This document shows positions 1 to 9,953 of a DNA stretch of 64,000 nt, in pieces. Numbering within the stretch: the first letter of the stretch is position 1; each line of letters begins with the position of its first letter. Both the position numbers and the translations under genes were made by a program. The notes under the pieces were generated by a model, which worked only from the letters and a program-made list of their open reading frames with translations, made no database searches and was not told the origin of the DNA. The DNA is taken from sequence record DRR378314_995. One strand, 5' to 3'.

Positions 1-1
1 A

Positions 2-568
2 CGCGGCGGCATGATCCTGACCAATGACGAAGCGCTAGCCAAGAAGATCAACTCAGCAATCTTCCCGGGCATTCAGGGCGGTCCTCTGATGCATGTGATC
101 GCCGCTAAAGCCGTTGCGTTCGGGGAAGCCCTGACACCGGAATTCAAGACCTACGCGGCTCAAGTTGTCGCAAACGCGTCCGCCATGGCGGAGGCGTGCA
201 AAGCCAGCGGTCTTGATGTTGTTTCTGGTGGTACGGATACGCATGTAGCCTTGATTGACCTGCGTCCGAAAAACGTAACGGGTCGTGACGCCGAACATGC
301 GCTGGAGCGCGCATTCATTACCTGTAACAAGAATGGCGTTCCATTCGACCCTCAGAAGCCAACGATCACCAGCGGCATACGGGTCGGTTCACCCGCGGGC
401 ACAACGCGTGGATTCGGCGAAGCAGAGTTTACTCAGATCGGCAACTGGATTGGCGAAATTGTGGACGCTGTCGCTTCTGGTGAGAGCAGTTCGGCTGAGG
501 ACAAGGTTCGCGAAGAAGTGAAGGTGCTTACTGCGCAATTCCCAATCTATAATGGTTTGGGGGGCTGA
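2..568 (+). CDS. glyA: Serine hydroxymethyltransferase, 3' part (truncated by window start)
   Basis: [55 protein letters not shown] are SHMT C-terminal motifs. Confidence 0.97.
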   Translation, partial: RGGMILTNDEALAKKINSAIFPGIQGGPLMHVIAAKAVAFGEALTPEFKTYAAQVVANASAMAEACKASGLDVVSGGTDTHVALIDLRPKNVTGRDAEHALERAFITCNKNGVPFDPQKPTITSGIRVGSPAGTTRGFGEAEFTQIGNWIGEIVDAVASGESSSAEDKVREEVKVLTAQFPIYNGLGG

Positions 569-574
569 TAGACT

Positions 575-1045
575 TTGCGCTGCCCGTTCTGCGGTTCCGA
601 GAACACATCGGTGAAGGACAGCCGGTCGGCTGAAGACAACACGGCTGTCCGTCGCCGGCGGGTTTGCGAGTCTTGTGGGGCCCGCTTCACCACTTTTGAG
701 CGAGTTCAACTTCGCGAAATTACCGTGGTGAAGCGAGACGGAAAACGGGTGCCGTTCGATCGTGATCGCCTGACTCGGTCTATCACGATCGCTTTGCGGA
801 AACGGCCAGTGGATCGCGATCAGATTGACCAGATGGTTTCCGGAATTGCGAGAAACCTCGAAAGTGCCGGCGAGACCGAGGTATCTTCAAACGATGTCGG
901 GGAATTCGCGATGGAAGCCCTGCGTCGGGTCGACCCTGTTGGCTATGTGCGGTTTGCAAGTGTCTACAAGGATTTCAAGGATCCGAACGATTTCGCCCAG
1001 TTCATTGAAAACACTGCGCTCGACGATGAGGGCGACGAGGAATGA
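575..1045 (+). CDS. nrdR: Transcriptional repressor NrdR
   Basis: [28 protein letters not shown] zinc ribbon plus ATP-cone (YVRFASVY); TTG start. Confidence 0.97.
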   Translation: MRCPFCGSENTSVKDSRSAEDNTAVRRRRVCESCGARFTTFERVQLREITVVKRDGKRVPFDRDRLTRSITIALRKRPVDRDQIDQMVSGIARNLESAGETEVSSNDVGEFAMEALRRVDPVGYVRFASVYKDFKDPNDFAQFIENTALDDEGDEE

Positions 1046-1689
1046 GCGGGGTCAAGGTCACCCTGAAGATCGCAACATCGCTGGACGCACGTATCGCCTT
1101 GTCTGATGGAACAAGCCAGTGGATCACGTGCAGCGAATCCCGCGCACGGGGGCATCAGCTCAGGGCGGCTCATGATGCGATCCTTGTGGGTATCGGCACC
1201 GTACTCGCTGACGATCCACTCTTGACGGCGCGGACAGTACCGCTGCCTGCGAAGCAGCCGGTCAGGATCGTGGCGGATTCGCATGGGCGCACACCTAGAA
1301 GTTCCAGATTGGTTCAATCGGCCGGGACGGGCCGCGTTGTCGTCGCCACGAATGGCCAGCCGCAGGACATATTGGCGGCAAGTGGCGTGGAGATCTGGCG
1401 TTGCGGACGGGGCATCCGGGTGGATGTCAAAGATTTGCTGCGACGCGTTGAGGCCGAAAGTTTGTCGTCGTTACTTATTGAAGGTGGCGGTACTCTCGCG
1501 GCGAGCTTCATTCGCGAGGGATTGGTTGATGAGATTGCCTGGTTCCGTGCGCCTATCCTGATCGGAGGAGACGGCCTACCTGCTCTAGGGGCTCTGGGGC
1601 TTTCAGACCTCGGTCAGGCGTCACGTTGGCGCGCTGTCGCAACGGAACGGATTGGGGATGACGTTCTCGATACCTATGTACGAGTCTGA
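1042..1689 (+). CDS. ribD: RibD-type pyrimidine reductase, reductase domain only
   Basis: [51 protein letters not shown]; no N-terminal deaminase domain; ATGA overlap with nrdR. Confidence 0.88.
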   Translation: MSGVKVTLKIATSLDARIALSDGTSQWITCSESRARGHQLRAAHDAILVGIGTVLADDPLLTARTVPLPAKQPVRIVADSHGRTPRSSRLVQSAGTGRVVVATNGQPQDILAASGVEIWRCGRGIRVDVKDLLRRVEAESLSSLLIEGGGTLAASFIREGLVDEIAWFRAPILIGGDGLPALGALGLSDLGQASRWRAVATERIGDDVLDTYVRV

Positions 1690-1711
1690 ATAAGAAACTA
1701 AGGGCAGGAAA

Positions 1712-2332
1712 ATGTTTACAGGTCTGGTGACCGACGTTGGTACGGTTCGGTCTGTTGAAGATCGCAATGGCCTGCGCCGGTTTGAAGTCGAAAGCGGCTA
1801 CCCTCTTGATGAAATCTCCATGGGCGCCTCGATCATGCACTCCGGTGTGTGCCTCACTGTCGTGGATATGGGGCAAGGAGAGCGCGGCGCCTGGTTTGCG
1901 ACGGAGGCAGTGCCTGAAACACTGGCAAAAACTATTCTTGGCGACCTCCACGTCGGATCCAGGATCAATCTCGAACAAAGTCTCAAATTGGGCGATGAAT
2001 TGGGCGGGCATTTCGTGTTTGGCCATGTCGATGGCGTCGGTCAGGTGGTGTCCATTGAGCCTGAGGGCGAGAGTTTTCGGATCACCATTCGGCCACCTGA
2101 AGCGATTTCGCGCTATTTCGCAACGAAGGGGTCTGCCGCCGTGAACGGCGTGTCGCTCACCGTCGCCGAGGCGTTGCCGAATGGGGATTTCCAGCTCGCG
2201 ATCATTCCTCACACGTGGGACGTGACAACCCTCAACGAACTGCAGCCCGGCTCCAGCGTCAATCTTGAGATCGACATGCTCGCGCGCTACGTGGCACGCA
2301 TGATCGGCGCCGATGCGCCAGAAGGGCAGTAA
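1712..2332 (+). CDS. ribE: Riboflavin synthase (alpha chain)
   Basis: MFTGLV N-terminus, GVCLTV, LGGHFVFGHVDG, GVSLTV, VNLEIDMLARYV. Confidence 0.97.
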   Translation: MFTGLVTDVGTVRSVEDRNGLRRFEVESGYPLDEISMGASIMHSGVCLTVVDMGQGERGAWFATEAVPETLAKTILGDLHVGSRINLEQSLKLGDELGGHFVFGHVDGVGQVVSIEPEGESFRITIRPPEAISRYFATKGSAAVNGVSLTVAEALPNGDFQLAIIPHTWDVTTLNELQPGSSVNLEIDMLARYVARMIGADAPEGQ

Positions 2333-2337
2333 GCGTC

Positions 2338-3465
2338 ATGAGTAGCGAATTCCACGAGGCCATCTCTTCGATTGATGAGATTATCGAAGATGCCCGCAAT
2401 GGCCGGATGTACATTCTGGTCGATGCAGAAGATCGCGAGAATGAGGGTGACCTCATCATTCCGGCAAACTTCGCGACGCCGGAACATGTTAACTTTATGG
2501 CCCGTCATGGTCGTGGGCTTATTTGCCTTGCAATGACTCAGGAGCGCGCCCACACGCTGAACCTGGATATGATGACCCGGAACAACCGGGAAAGTATGGG
2601 CACCGCCTTCACGGTCTCGATCGAAGCAAAAGAGGGCGTAACAACGGGCATCTCAGCCCACGATCGCTCTCGGACAATTGCGGTCGCGATCGATCCTACG
2701 AAGGACCATGAAGACATCGTTTCGCCGGGGCATGTCTTCCCGCTCATCGCGCGCGAGGGCGGCACATTGGTCAGAGCCGGGCATACCGAGGCAGCCGTAG
2801 ATATCTCCCGCATGGCCGGGCTTTATCCTGCCGGTGTGATCTGTGAGATCATGAACGAGGACGGCTCGATGTCCCGGCTGCCAGAGCTCGTTGCGTTTGC
2901 GCAGCTCCACAATCTGAAGATCGGAACGATTGCTGATCTGATCGCCTGGCGTCGGAAGAATGATCGCTTCATGGAGCGACGTGTCGAGGCGCCGTTGAAT
3001 TCCGGCTTTGGCGAAGGATTCAAAACGGTTTGCTTCCGCAATGCGCTCGACAATTCTGAACATATTGCCATTGTTCATGGCGATATCACGCCTGACAGCA
3101 CCACGCTCGTGCGTGTTCACCGCATGGATGTTCTGTCTGACGTGCTGGGTGAAAATGGCCCCCGTCAGGGCCTTGTCGGTCGCGCAATGCGTATGATCGC
3201 GGACGCCGATGAGCCGGGCGTGATAGTTTTCGTGAACACGATCCGGCCGAACGTTATTGCAGAGCGCCTCGGCCTGAAGCCGTCTGCGCCTGCAGACCCC
3301 ACTGCGCCCATCCGCGAGTATGGTGTAGGGGCGCAAATCCTGCGTGACCTGGGCGTTCGCAAGATGATTTATCTTTCTGGTACTCAGCCCACCCGCCTCG
3401 CAGGCCTTGACGGCTATGGCTTAAGCATAGAGGGGTGGCGCAAACTTGATGAGGAGAGCAATTGA
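2338..3465 (+). CDS. ribB: 3,4-dihydroxy-2-butanone-4-phosphate synthase fused to a degenerate GTP cyclohydrolase II-like domain (RibBX type)
   Basis: DAEDRENEGD, TAFTVSIEA, GVTTGISAHDR, PGHVFPL, RAGHTEA, GVICEIMN; C-terminal VRVH..YGVGAQILRDLG without Zn cysteines. Confidence 0.93.
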   Translation: MSSEFHEAISSIDEIIEDARNGRMYILVDAEDRENEGDLIIPANFATPEHVNFMARHGRGLICLAMTQERAHTLNLDMMTRNNRESMGTAFTVSIEAKEGVTTGISAHDRSRTIAVAIDPTKDHEDIVSPGHVFPLIAREGGTLVRAGHTEAAVDISRMAGLYPAGVICEIMNEDGSMSRLPELVAFAQLHNLKIGTIADLIAWRRKNDRFMERRVEAPLNSGFGEGFKTVCFRNALDNSEHIAIVHGDITPDSTTLVRVHRMDVLSDVLGENGPRQGLVGRAMRMIADADEPGVIVFVNTIRPNVIAERLGLKPSAPADPTAPIREYGVGAQILRDLGVRKMIYLSGTQPTRLAGLDGYGLSIEGWRKLDEESN

Positions 3466-3893
3466 TGGCTGAACGCGTACTTGTCGCCATTTCCCGCTAC
3501 TACAAACACATTTCTGATGAATTGGAAGCCGGGGCTCTGGAAGCACTCGAAGCAGCTGGCGCAAAAGTCACCGTAATGGAAGTGCCTGGTGCATTCGAAC
3601 TGCCGGGACTGATCGCGATGGCGGCAGATAGCGGCCGGTTTGATGGTGCGGTTGCGCTTGGCTGCGTCATTCGCGGAGAGACGTCTCACTACGACTATGT
3701 CTGTGGTGAAAGTGCACGTGGCTTGATGGACCTCATCGTTCAGCGGCGCCAGGCCATCGGCTATGGTATCCTCACAGTTGAGAATGAAGAGCAGGCACTT
3801 GTCCGTGCTGATCGCAAGCGCGGCAACAAGGGTAAGGACGCTGCAGAAGCGTGCCTGGCGATGATCAAATTCCGCAAGGAACTTATTCGGTGA
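3465..3893 (+). CDS. ribH: 6,7-dimethyl-8-ribityllumazine synthase
   Basis: VPGAFELP, ALGCVIRGETSHYDYV, GILTVEN..QA..RA, NKGKDAA. Confidence 0.97.
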   Translation: MAERVLVAISRYYKHISDELEAGALEALEAAGAKVTVMEVPGAFELPGLIAMAADSGRFDGAVALGCVIRGETSHYDYVCGESARGLMDLIVQRRQAIGYGILTVENEEQALVRADRKRGNKGKDAAEACLAMIKFRKELIR

Positions 3894-4357
3894 CCGATCA
3901 GAAGATCCCATTTGAAGTTACAAGAGCGAGGCGGGCGGGAGCGCGCCTCGCAGCCGTTCAGGCGCTCTACGAAATGGAGCAGACCGGGAAATCCGCACGC
4001 GCCACTATTCGCGCCTTCATGGAAGACCGGCTTGGTATTGGACCGAATGAAGAGCCGATCGAGGAAGCCGATCCGGACATCTTCAAATCCATTGTAAACG
4101 CAGTCGTCGAACACCAGGCTGCCATCGATAAAGCAATTCTGGCGCGTCTCGCATCCGGCTGGAAACTGACCCGTCTGGATGCAACCATGCGAGCATTGTT
4201 GCGGGCCGGCGCGGCTGAATTCATTCAGCATCAGCATCTCTCGAACGCAATCATTCTTGATGAGTATGTCTCGCTTGCTCACGACTTCTTCGAAGAGCAG
4301 GAAGCAAAGTTCGCGAACGCTGTGCTGGATAATCTTGCCAAAGATCTAAGAGCTTAA
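3890..4357 (+). CDS. nusB: Transcription antitermination factor NusB
   Basis: RRAGARLAAVQALYE, W.LTRLD, ILDEYV.LA..F..FANAVLD; follows ribH with GTGA overlap. Confidence 0.95.
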   Translation: MTDQKIPFEVTRARRAGARLAAVQALYEMEQTGKSARATIRAFMEDRLGIGPNEEPIEEADPDIFKSIVNAVVEHQAAIDKAILARLASGWKLTRLDATMRALLRAGAAEFIQHQHLSNAIILDEYVSLAHDFFEEQEAKFANAVLDNLAKDLRA

Positions 4358-5526
4358 GCGTCAAGCTCTCGCGCCCATTCGCGCATTTCCTTGACGAAGA
4401 GTTTGGGCTCTTCCATCGCAGCAAAATGGCCGCCACGGGGCATATCCGTCCAACGAGTGATGTTATAGGCGCGTTCCATCCAGGAACGCGGCGCAGGCTT
4501 GTAGACCGGCTCTCCAGGGTAGCTTGCAAAGCCAGTTGGCGTTTCGCAACGAACGCCTTCAGGCAGCGCATTACTGCCTTCCTGAGCGAATCCATTGTAG
4601 AACCAGACGCTGGTCGCAATGGCATCATTCACGAGATAGATCATCACATTGGTGAGCAACTGGTCTTTCGTGTAGGTATTAAGTAGCCCGCCCTCTGAGA
4701 GGTCAGACCATCCGTTGAACTTCTCGATGATCCAGGCAGCCGTGCCCACAGGAGAGTCCATCAGCGCCATCGCCAGCGTTTGCGGCTTGGTCATCTGTTG
4801 CATGAGGTAGGCGCCTTCACGCTGCATCGCATCCTGCATGCCGGTAAGCCAATTCGCTTCGTCTTCATTTTCCGGCGTAGCAGGTGTGGGACGAAATCCC
4901 GTCATATTCAGATGAATTGCGCGACATCCCCCTTTTCCATCGACTGTGCCATGATTGAGACCAAGATGGGAGGTGACCATGCTTCCCCAATCGCCGCCCT
5001 GAGCAAGATAGGAATCATATTTCAGCACGTCCCGCATCAACGTGTCCCACAGCGCCGCCGTGGTCCGAGGTCCGATGGGAGATTTCGGAGCTCCTGAAAA
5101 TCCGTAGCCGGGAAGGGACGGAATAATCAGGTCAAAGGCATCTTCGGAGTTACCTTCGTAGCTAGATGGAAATGCGAGCGGTGCAATTGATTCCCAGAAC
5201 TCGAAGACCGATCCCGGCCAGCCATGCGTCAACAGCAGGGGGCGTCTTCCGCCTGCTTCCCCAACGACATGAACGAAATGAATTACCTGGCCCTCAATCT
5301 CGACTTTGTAGCTAGGAAACTTGTTGAGGATTTCCTCTGATTTGCGCCAGTCGTATCCAGCGAGCCAGTATCGCTGGATGTCCTTCATAACCGGCGTTGA
5401 CATGCCGTAAGTGAAGCCGTCTTCGTTTGCAGGAGCAGGAAACCAATCATACGCTTTGACCCGCGCCATGATGGTGTCGAGTTTTACACGGGGCACATCG
5501 ATGCGAAACGGCTTTGCTGTAGGCAT
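4354..5526 (-). CDS. Epoxide hydrolase (microsomal/EHN type, alpha/beta fold)
   Basis: HGWPGS, PSLPGYGFS, QGGDWGS nucleophile, GGHFAAMEEP catalytic His. Confidence 0.9.
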   Translation of the reverse strand: MPTAKPFRIDVPRVKLDTIMARVKAYDWFPAPANEDGFTYGMSTPVMKDIQRYWLAGYDWRKSEEILNKFPSYKVEIEGQVIHFVHVVGEAGGRRPLLLTHGWPGSVFEFWESIAPLAFPSSYEGNSEDAFDLIIPSLPGYGFSGAPKSPIGPRTTAALWDTLMRDVLKYDSYLAQGGDWGSMVTSHLGLNHGTVDGKGGCRAIHLNMTGFRPTPATPENEDEANWLTGMQDAMQREGAYLMQQMTKPQTLAMALMDSPVGTAAWIIEKFNGWSDLSEGGLLNTYTKDQLLTNVMIYLVNDAIATSVWFYNGFAQEGSNALPEGVRCETPTGFASYPGEPVYKPAPRSWMERAYNITRWTDMPRGGHFAAMEEPKLFVKEMREWARELDA

Positions 5527-5586
5527 GGTTTAATCCTCGCTCAAATTTGAGGACCACCTAGCGACCATGCCGTTGAGCGAGGCAAG

Positions 5587-5928
5587 TTAAATCGAAAAAC
5601 TGGTTCCGCAGCCACACGCAGCTGTCGCATTTGGATTGTTGATCTTGAAGGCCGCCCCGATCAGCTCGGTTGTGAAATCAATCTCGGATCCCTTCAGGAA
5701 TTCGAGGCTCATTTCATCGATCAGAACCTTCGCGCCATCGCGCTCAAGCACCACATCATCAGCGTTTGCTACCTTGTCGAAATCAAACTTGTAGGAAAAG
5801 CCGGAGCATCCGCCGCCTTCAACGGATACGCGCAGATAGTCTACGCCGTCCTGTTTTGCCAGAATCGCATTAATTCGCTTGGCAGCGGAGGCTGTAAGGG
5901 TCACATCGGGGACGGTAATCGTGCTCAT
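5587..5928 (-). CDS. erpA: A-type Fe-S cluster carrier (ErpA/IscA/HesB)
   Basis: LRVSVEGGGCSGFSY, NPNATAACGCGTSFS; start MSTITV at 5928. Confidence 0.9.
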   Translation of the reverse strand: MSTITVPDVTLTASAAKRINAILAKQDGVDYLRVSVEGGGCSGFSYKFDFDKVANADDVVLERDGAKVLIDEMSLEFLKGSEIDFTTELIGAAFKINNPNATAACGCGTSFSI

Positions 5929-5955
5929 GACCTCAACATAGGGATTCTCTAGCCA

Positions 5956-7128
5956 ATGGAAAAGAGAGCAGTGTTTGCTACGAGGCACGAGGATAGTCGT
6001 GGTCGGTACCATGAAGAGGCCCCATCCGCCACGCGGACGCCATTCCAGCGGGATCGTGACCGCATCATTCATTCCACCGCTTTTCGTCGCTTGAAGCAGA
6101 AGACGCAGGTTTTCGTTGCGCATGAAGGCGACCATTTCCGCACGCGGCTGACCCATTCACTGGAAGTAGCCCAAATCGCGAGAAGCATCTCCCGAACGCT
6201 TGGTCTGGATGAAGATCTCGCAGAGGCTTTGGCGTTGGCGCACGATATCGGACACCCCCCGTTCGGTCATGCCGGGGAAGACCAGCTTGATGAATGCATG
6301 GCCGATTACCAGGGGTTTGATCACAATGCACAGACGCTGCGCGTGGTGACAAAACTGGAAGTTCGCTACCCCAATTTCGAAGGACTTAATCTCACCTGGG
6401 AGCTGTTGGAGGGCCTCGTCAAACACAATGGACCAATGGTGACGCGGGATGCACCACTGGAGTCGCTGCCAGCCGCCTTCCGCCAATATGCAAACTTCAT
6501 GGACCTTGAGCCACACCAGTTTGCCGGCCCCGAAGCTCAGGTCGCAGCGTTATCGGACGACATTGCATATAATAATCACGATATTGATGACGGCATCGCT
6601 GCAGGTCTTTTCACGGTCGACGACCTTATGGACCTTCCAATTGTTGGAGATGTATTTCGGTCCGTGAAACTGGAATATCCGCATTTGAAAGACCGAATGG
6701 TCTCCTACGAAGCTGTGCGGCGCCTGATCGGACTTTGGATCAATGACCTGACATCAGAAACCGAGCGCCGAATAAAAGAGTACGCGCCCAAAAGCGCCGC
6801 CGATGTTCGCGCAATGGACGTGCCGTTGGTCGCATTTTCCGAAGAACTGGAAAGTCGTCAGAGAGCATTACGCGCGTTTCTGCACGAGCGCATGTATAAG
6901 CATTACACCGTCAACAGGATGCGAAGCAAAGCAAAGCGGATGCTTGCCGAATTGTTTGATATATTCCTGAAAGAGCCGGATACTTTGCCTTCTCTATGGC
7001 GTCTGGACGCCTCCCAGGCTGACGAAGCGCGGCGCGCGCGAATTGTCTGCGACTACATTGCCGGCATGACGGATTCGTACGCAATTGAAGAGCACCGGCG
7101 TCTCTATCATCCAGATGTCCTGCGATAG
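5956..7128 (+). CDS. dgt: Deoxyguanosinetriphosphate triphosphohydrolase (HD family)
   Basis: [55 protein letters not shown]. Confidence 0.93.
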   Translation: MEKRAVFATRHEDSRGRYHEEAPSATRTPFQRDRDRIIHSTAFRRLKQKTQVFVAHEGDHFRTRLTHSLEVAQIARSISRTLGLDEDLAEALALAHDIGHPPFGHAGEDQLDECMADYQGFDHNAQTLRVVTKLEVRYPNFEGLNLTWELLEGLVKHNGPMVTRDAPLESLPAAFRQYANFMDLEPHQFAGPEAQVAALSDDIAYNNHDIDDGIAAGLFTVDDLMDLPIVGDVFRSVKLEYPHLKDRMVSYEAVRRLIGLWINDLTSETERRIKEYAPKSAADVRAMDVPLVAFSEELESRQRALRAFLHERMYKHYTVNRMRSKAKRMLAELFDIFLKEPDTLPSLWRLDASQADEARRARIVCDYIAGMTDSYAIEEHRRLYHPDVLR

Positions 7129-7261
7129 TCACATTTCTGCCGTTCCGGACACGTAACGCCGACGATACAGCAGCGGTCACGGTTTCTGACGTGGCATTCA
7201 AGCGTCGTTAACGAAACGGTCGCTAATATTAACTTTGTGAAGCTGTTCTAAGGGTGATTCC

Positions 7262-8086
7262 ATGGGGCGATACCGGGAAGATGACAGGGATTATTCCCCG
7301 TTCGAGGACGATTATCGCGGTTTTGACGTGCGTGAGGACGATTCCGCGCGTGGCCCGCTTATACTCGCCCTGGCGGTAGGTGTTTTGCTAGTGTTCGGCG
7401 CTGTGGTCTGGAACACGTACAGGCAGGGCATTCGGGACAATGGCGCGGGTATTCCAAGCGTTATTGCAGACAAGCAACCCTACAAGCGCGCGCCCGAAGA
7501 TCGTGAAGGCGTGGCCATCCCGGATACCGACAAACGCTTTTACGACCAGATGGACGACTCTGAGCGTCCAATCATGAGTGAATCCCAAGTTGCCGAACTA
7601 GAAAACGCTGAGGATGGCCTCCTGCAAGGAGGCCCCCCAATTGAGTTGCGACCCGGTCGAGAAGGCGCTGAGCCCGATGACGACCAGGTGCGCGCTCTGG
7701 CCGACTTGGAATCCATGCCAGAAGACGAGGAAGAACCCTTGCGCGTGGTTCCCTCCACTCCGGCCGCACCGGCGCCAGCACCGCAAGTCCAACCAAAGCC
7801 TGTTTCAGCGGCGCCTGAGTTCGCGTTTTCGAATGGCGGCGCATTTTTGGTTCAACTCGCAGCGTTCCGCTCACAAGAAGCCGCGGAGTCGGCCTGGACT
7901 GAGTTGAACCGGAAGAAGCCCGAATTGTTCGGCAGCGCCACAAAGCACATTCAGCGAGCTGATCTCGGCGCTAAAGGCGTATTCTACCGCCTGCGCGTTG
8001 GCAGCTTTGCAGATCGCGCGGATGCATCTGAATTCTGTGATGCTGTCAAAGCCGCGGGGGATAACTGCATCGTGGTGACGGGCTAG
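7262..8086 (+). CDS. ftsN: SPOR-domain cell division protein (FtsN-like)
   Basis: Short N-tail, one TM helix, Pro/acidic linker, C-terminal SPOR (VQLAAFRS..YRLRVG.F..A..FC); upstream of nagZ as for Caulobacter FtsN. Confidence 0.75.
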   Translation: MGRYREDDRDYSPFEDDYRGFDVREDDSARGPLILALAVGVLLVFGAVVWNTYRQGIRDNGAGIPSVIADKQPYKRAPEDREGVAIPDTDKRFYDQMDDSERPIMSESQVAELENAEDGLLQGGPPIELRPGREGAEPDDDQVRALADLESMPEDEEEPLRVVPSTPAAPAPAPQVQPKPVSAAPEFAFSNGGAFLVQLAAFRSQEAAESAWTELNRKKPELFGSATKHIQRADLGAKGVFYRLRVGSFADRADASEFCDAVKAAGDNCIVVTG

Positions 8087-9123
8087 TGATGAAGGCCTGC
8101 ATCCTCAGCGTATCAGGCCCAGTCCTGACTGCAGATGAAGCCGCTCTGTTTGCCGCGCAGCAGCCTTGGGGCGTCATTCTGATGGGGCGTTCCTGCGTAT
8201 CGCGTCAGCAGGTCCGCCAGCTTGTCGACGATATCTGGAACGCGATGCAGCGTCCGTGCTTGATATTCATAGATCAGGAAGGCGGCCGGGTTGCTCGTTT
8301 GAAAGCGCCGGAGTGGCCGCTGTTTCCACGTGGACAGGATTATGCGGAAATTTACGCTCGAGATCGAGATCTCGGTCTGTCGGCAGCCTGGCTTGGGCAC
8401 CGCCTGATCGCGTCGGAACTGACAAACATGGCGATCCACGCCGATTGTGCGCCGGTTGTAGATGTTCCCGTACCAGGCGCGCATGACGTCATTGGGGATC
8501 GGGCCTTCGGCTCTGATACCGAAACGGTTGCAAGCCTCGCTGGAGCCGCACTTGCTGGCCTGGCAGCTGGCGGCGTAGCGGGCGTGATCAAGCATATTCC
8601 TGGGCATGGGCGTTCCAAGGCCGATAGCCATATGGAATTGCCGCGTGTCACGGCTGGCGACAACGAGTTATCCAAGGATTTTGATGCTTTTGCGCGGCTC
8701 GCGGATGCGCCAATGGCCATGACCGCTCACATTGCCTATGATGCATTTGACGCCACTGTGCCGGCCACGCTGTCAAAAATCATGATTCAAGACGTGATCC
8801 GCCAGCGAATCGGGTTTGATGGTCTGCTGATGACAGACGATCTGGGGATGAAAGCGCTGGGCGGTAGTCTGGGCGAGCGAGGTCAGGCGGCGATCGCTGC
8901 AGGATGTGACGTGCTTTTGCACTGTTCTGGTTTCTTGTCTGATGCTCAGGAGATTCTGGCCGAAATGACAGAAGTCGCGTCTGTTGCACCTGAACTTACC
9001 GGCAAGTCGTTGGCGCGGGCCCAGCGCGCTGAGGCTTTGTCGACCCATGAACAGGATTTCGATGTGGCGGAAGGATGGAACACATTCCGATCCTACTTTC
9101 CGCAATTGGCGGGCAAGACATGA
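8086..9123 (+). CDS. nagZ: Beta-N-acetylhexosaminidase (GH3)
   Basis: IDQEGGRVARL, KHIPGHG...DSH, FDGLLMTDDLGM. Confidence 0.95.
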   Translation: MMKACILSVSGPVLTADEAALFAAQQPWGVILMGRSCVSRQQVRQLVDDIWNAMQRPCLIFIDQEGGRVARLKAPEWPLFPRGQDYAEIYARDRDLGLSAAWLGHRLIASELTNMAIHADCAPVVDVPVPGAHDVIGDRAFGSDTETVASLAGAALAGLAAGGVAGVIKHIPGHGRSKADSHMELPRVTAGDNELSKDFDAFARLADAPMAMTAHIAYDAFDATVPATLSKIMIQDVIRQRIGFDGLLMTDDLGMKALGGSLGERGQAAIAAGCDVLLHCSGFLSDAQEILAEMTEVASVAPELTGKSLARAQRAEALSTHEQDFDVAEGWNTFRSYFPQLAGKT

Positions 9124-9953
9124 GCTCTGACATGATTTCCATCGACGCCTTATCGGCAGACGCTCAGGAAGCAGAAGCTGGCGATCTGTTCTCGGTCGAT
9201 GTCGGCGGGTATGAGGGGCCGTTGCACCTCTTGCTGGAGTTGGCACGTAAACAGAAAGTCGATCTGCTTCATCTCTCGATGTTGTCTCTGGCTGAGCAGT
9301 ATCTCGACTTTATCGATGAAGCGAAAAGCCAACGGATAGACCTTGCCGCAGATTATCTGCTGATGGCCTCTTGGTTGGCATTCATGAAATCGCGCCTTTT
9401 GCTTCCAAAGCCCGAAAGCACCGGGGAAGATGAGCCGACAGGCGAGGAAATGGCCGAACGCCTAGCATTCAGGCTCAAACGGCTGGACGCAATGCGCAGC
9501 GCCGTACAAGAGCTTGAGGCGGGGCCAATTTTGAACAATGTGGTGTACCTTCGTGGGGCGCCAGTTCAGCCAAAGGTGGTGAAGCACACTGAATTCAAGG
9601 CATCGTTGTTTGAATTGACGCAAGCCTTCGGTGCCATTCGTGATCGTCGTGAGAAAGAACGCCCGCATACAATCGAGCAGCAACTCGTGCTGCCGCTGGA
9701 GCTGGCGCGGACCACTTTGCGTGCACTTCGGCAACAGTTGGAACAGTGGTCTTCGCTGGACGAGATCCGCTCAACCATGACAGACGTGGATCCGGAACTG
9801 CCGCCACGGTCTGTCACAGCAAGTGTGTTTTCAGCCGCATTGGAGCTTGCCAGAGATGGTGAAGTCGATGTGCGCCAGGAAGAGCATTTCGCACCGCTTT
9901 ACTTGCGTAATGCGGGTGAACGACCAGAGGGGGCCCAAAATGCAACCGCTTGA
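9120..9953 (+). CDS. scpA: Segregation and condensation protein A
   Basis: YEGPLHLLL.LAR.QKVDL, AADYLLMASWLAFMKSRLLLP, F.A.LELAR.G....RQ...FAPLY. Confidence 0.93.
   Translation: MSSDMISIDALSADAQEAEAGDLFSVDVGGYEGPLHLLLELARKQKVDLLHLSMLSLAEQYLDFIDEAKSQRIDLAADYLLMASWLAFMKSRLLLPKPESTGEDEPTGEEMAERLAFRLKRLDAMRSAVQELEAGPILNNVVYLRGAPVQPKVVKHTEFKASLFELTQAFGAIRDRREKERPHTIEQQLVLPLELARTTLRALRQQLEQWSSLDEIRSTMTDVDPELPPRSVTASVFSAALELARDGEVDVRQEEHFAPLYLRNAGERPEGAQNATA

Noticed and set aside
5956..7128. dGTPase (and mazG at 35523-36347) as anti-phage defence genes
   Set aside because: Both sit in conserved housekeeping neighbourhoods with no defence or mobile genes nearby.
7208..7233. Two TTAAC half-sites upstream of ftsN as a CtrA box
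   Set aside because: Starts are 21 bp apart, not TTAA-N7-TTAA; too weak to call.
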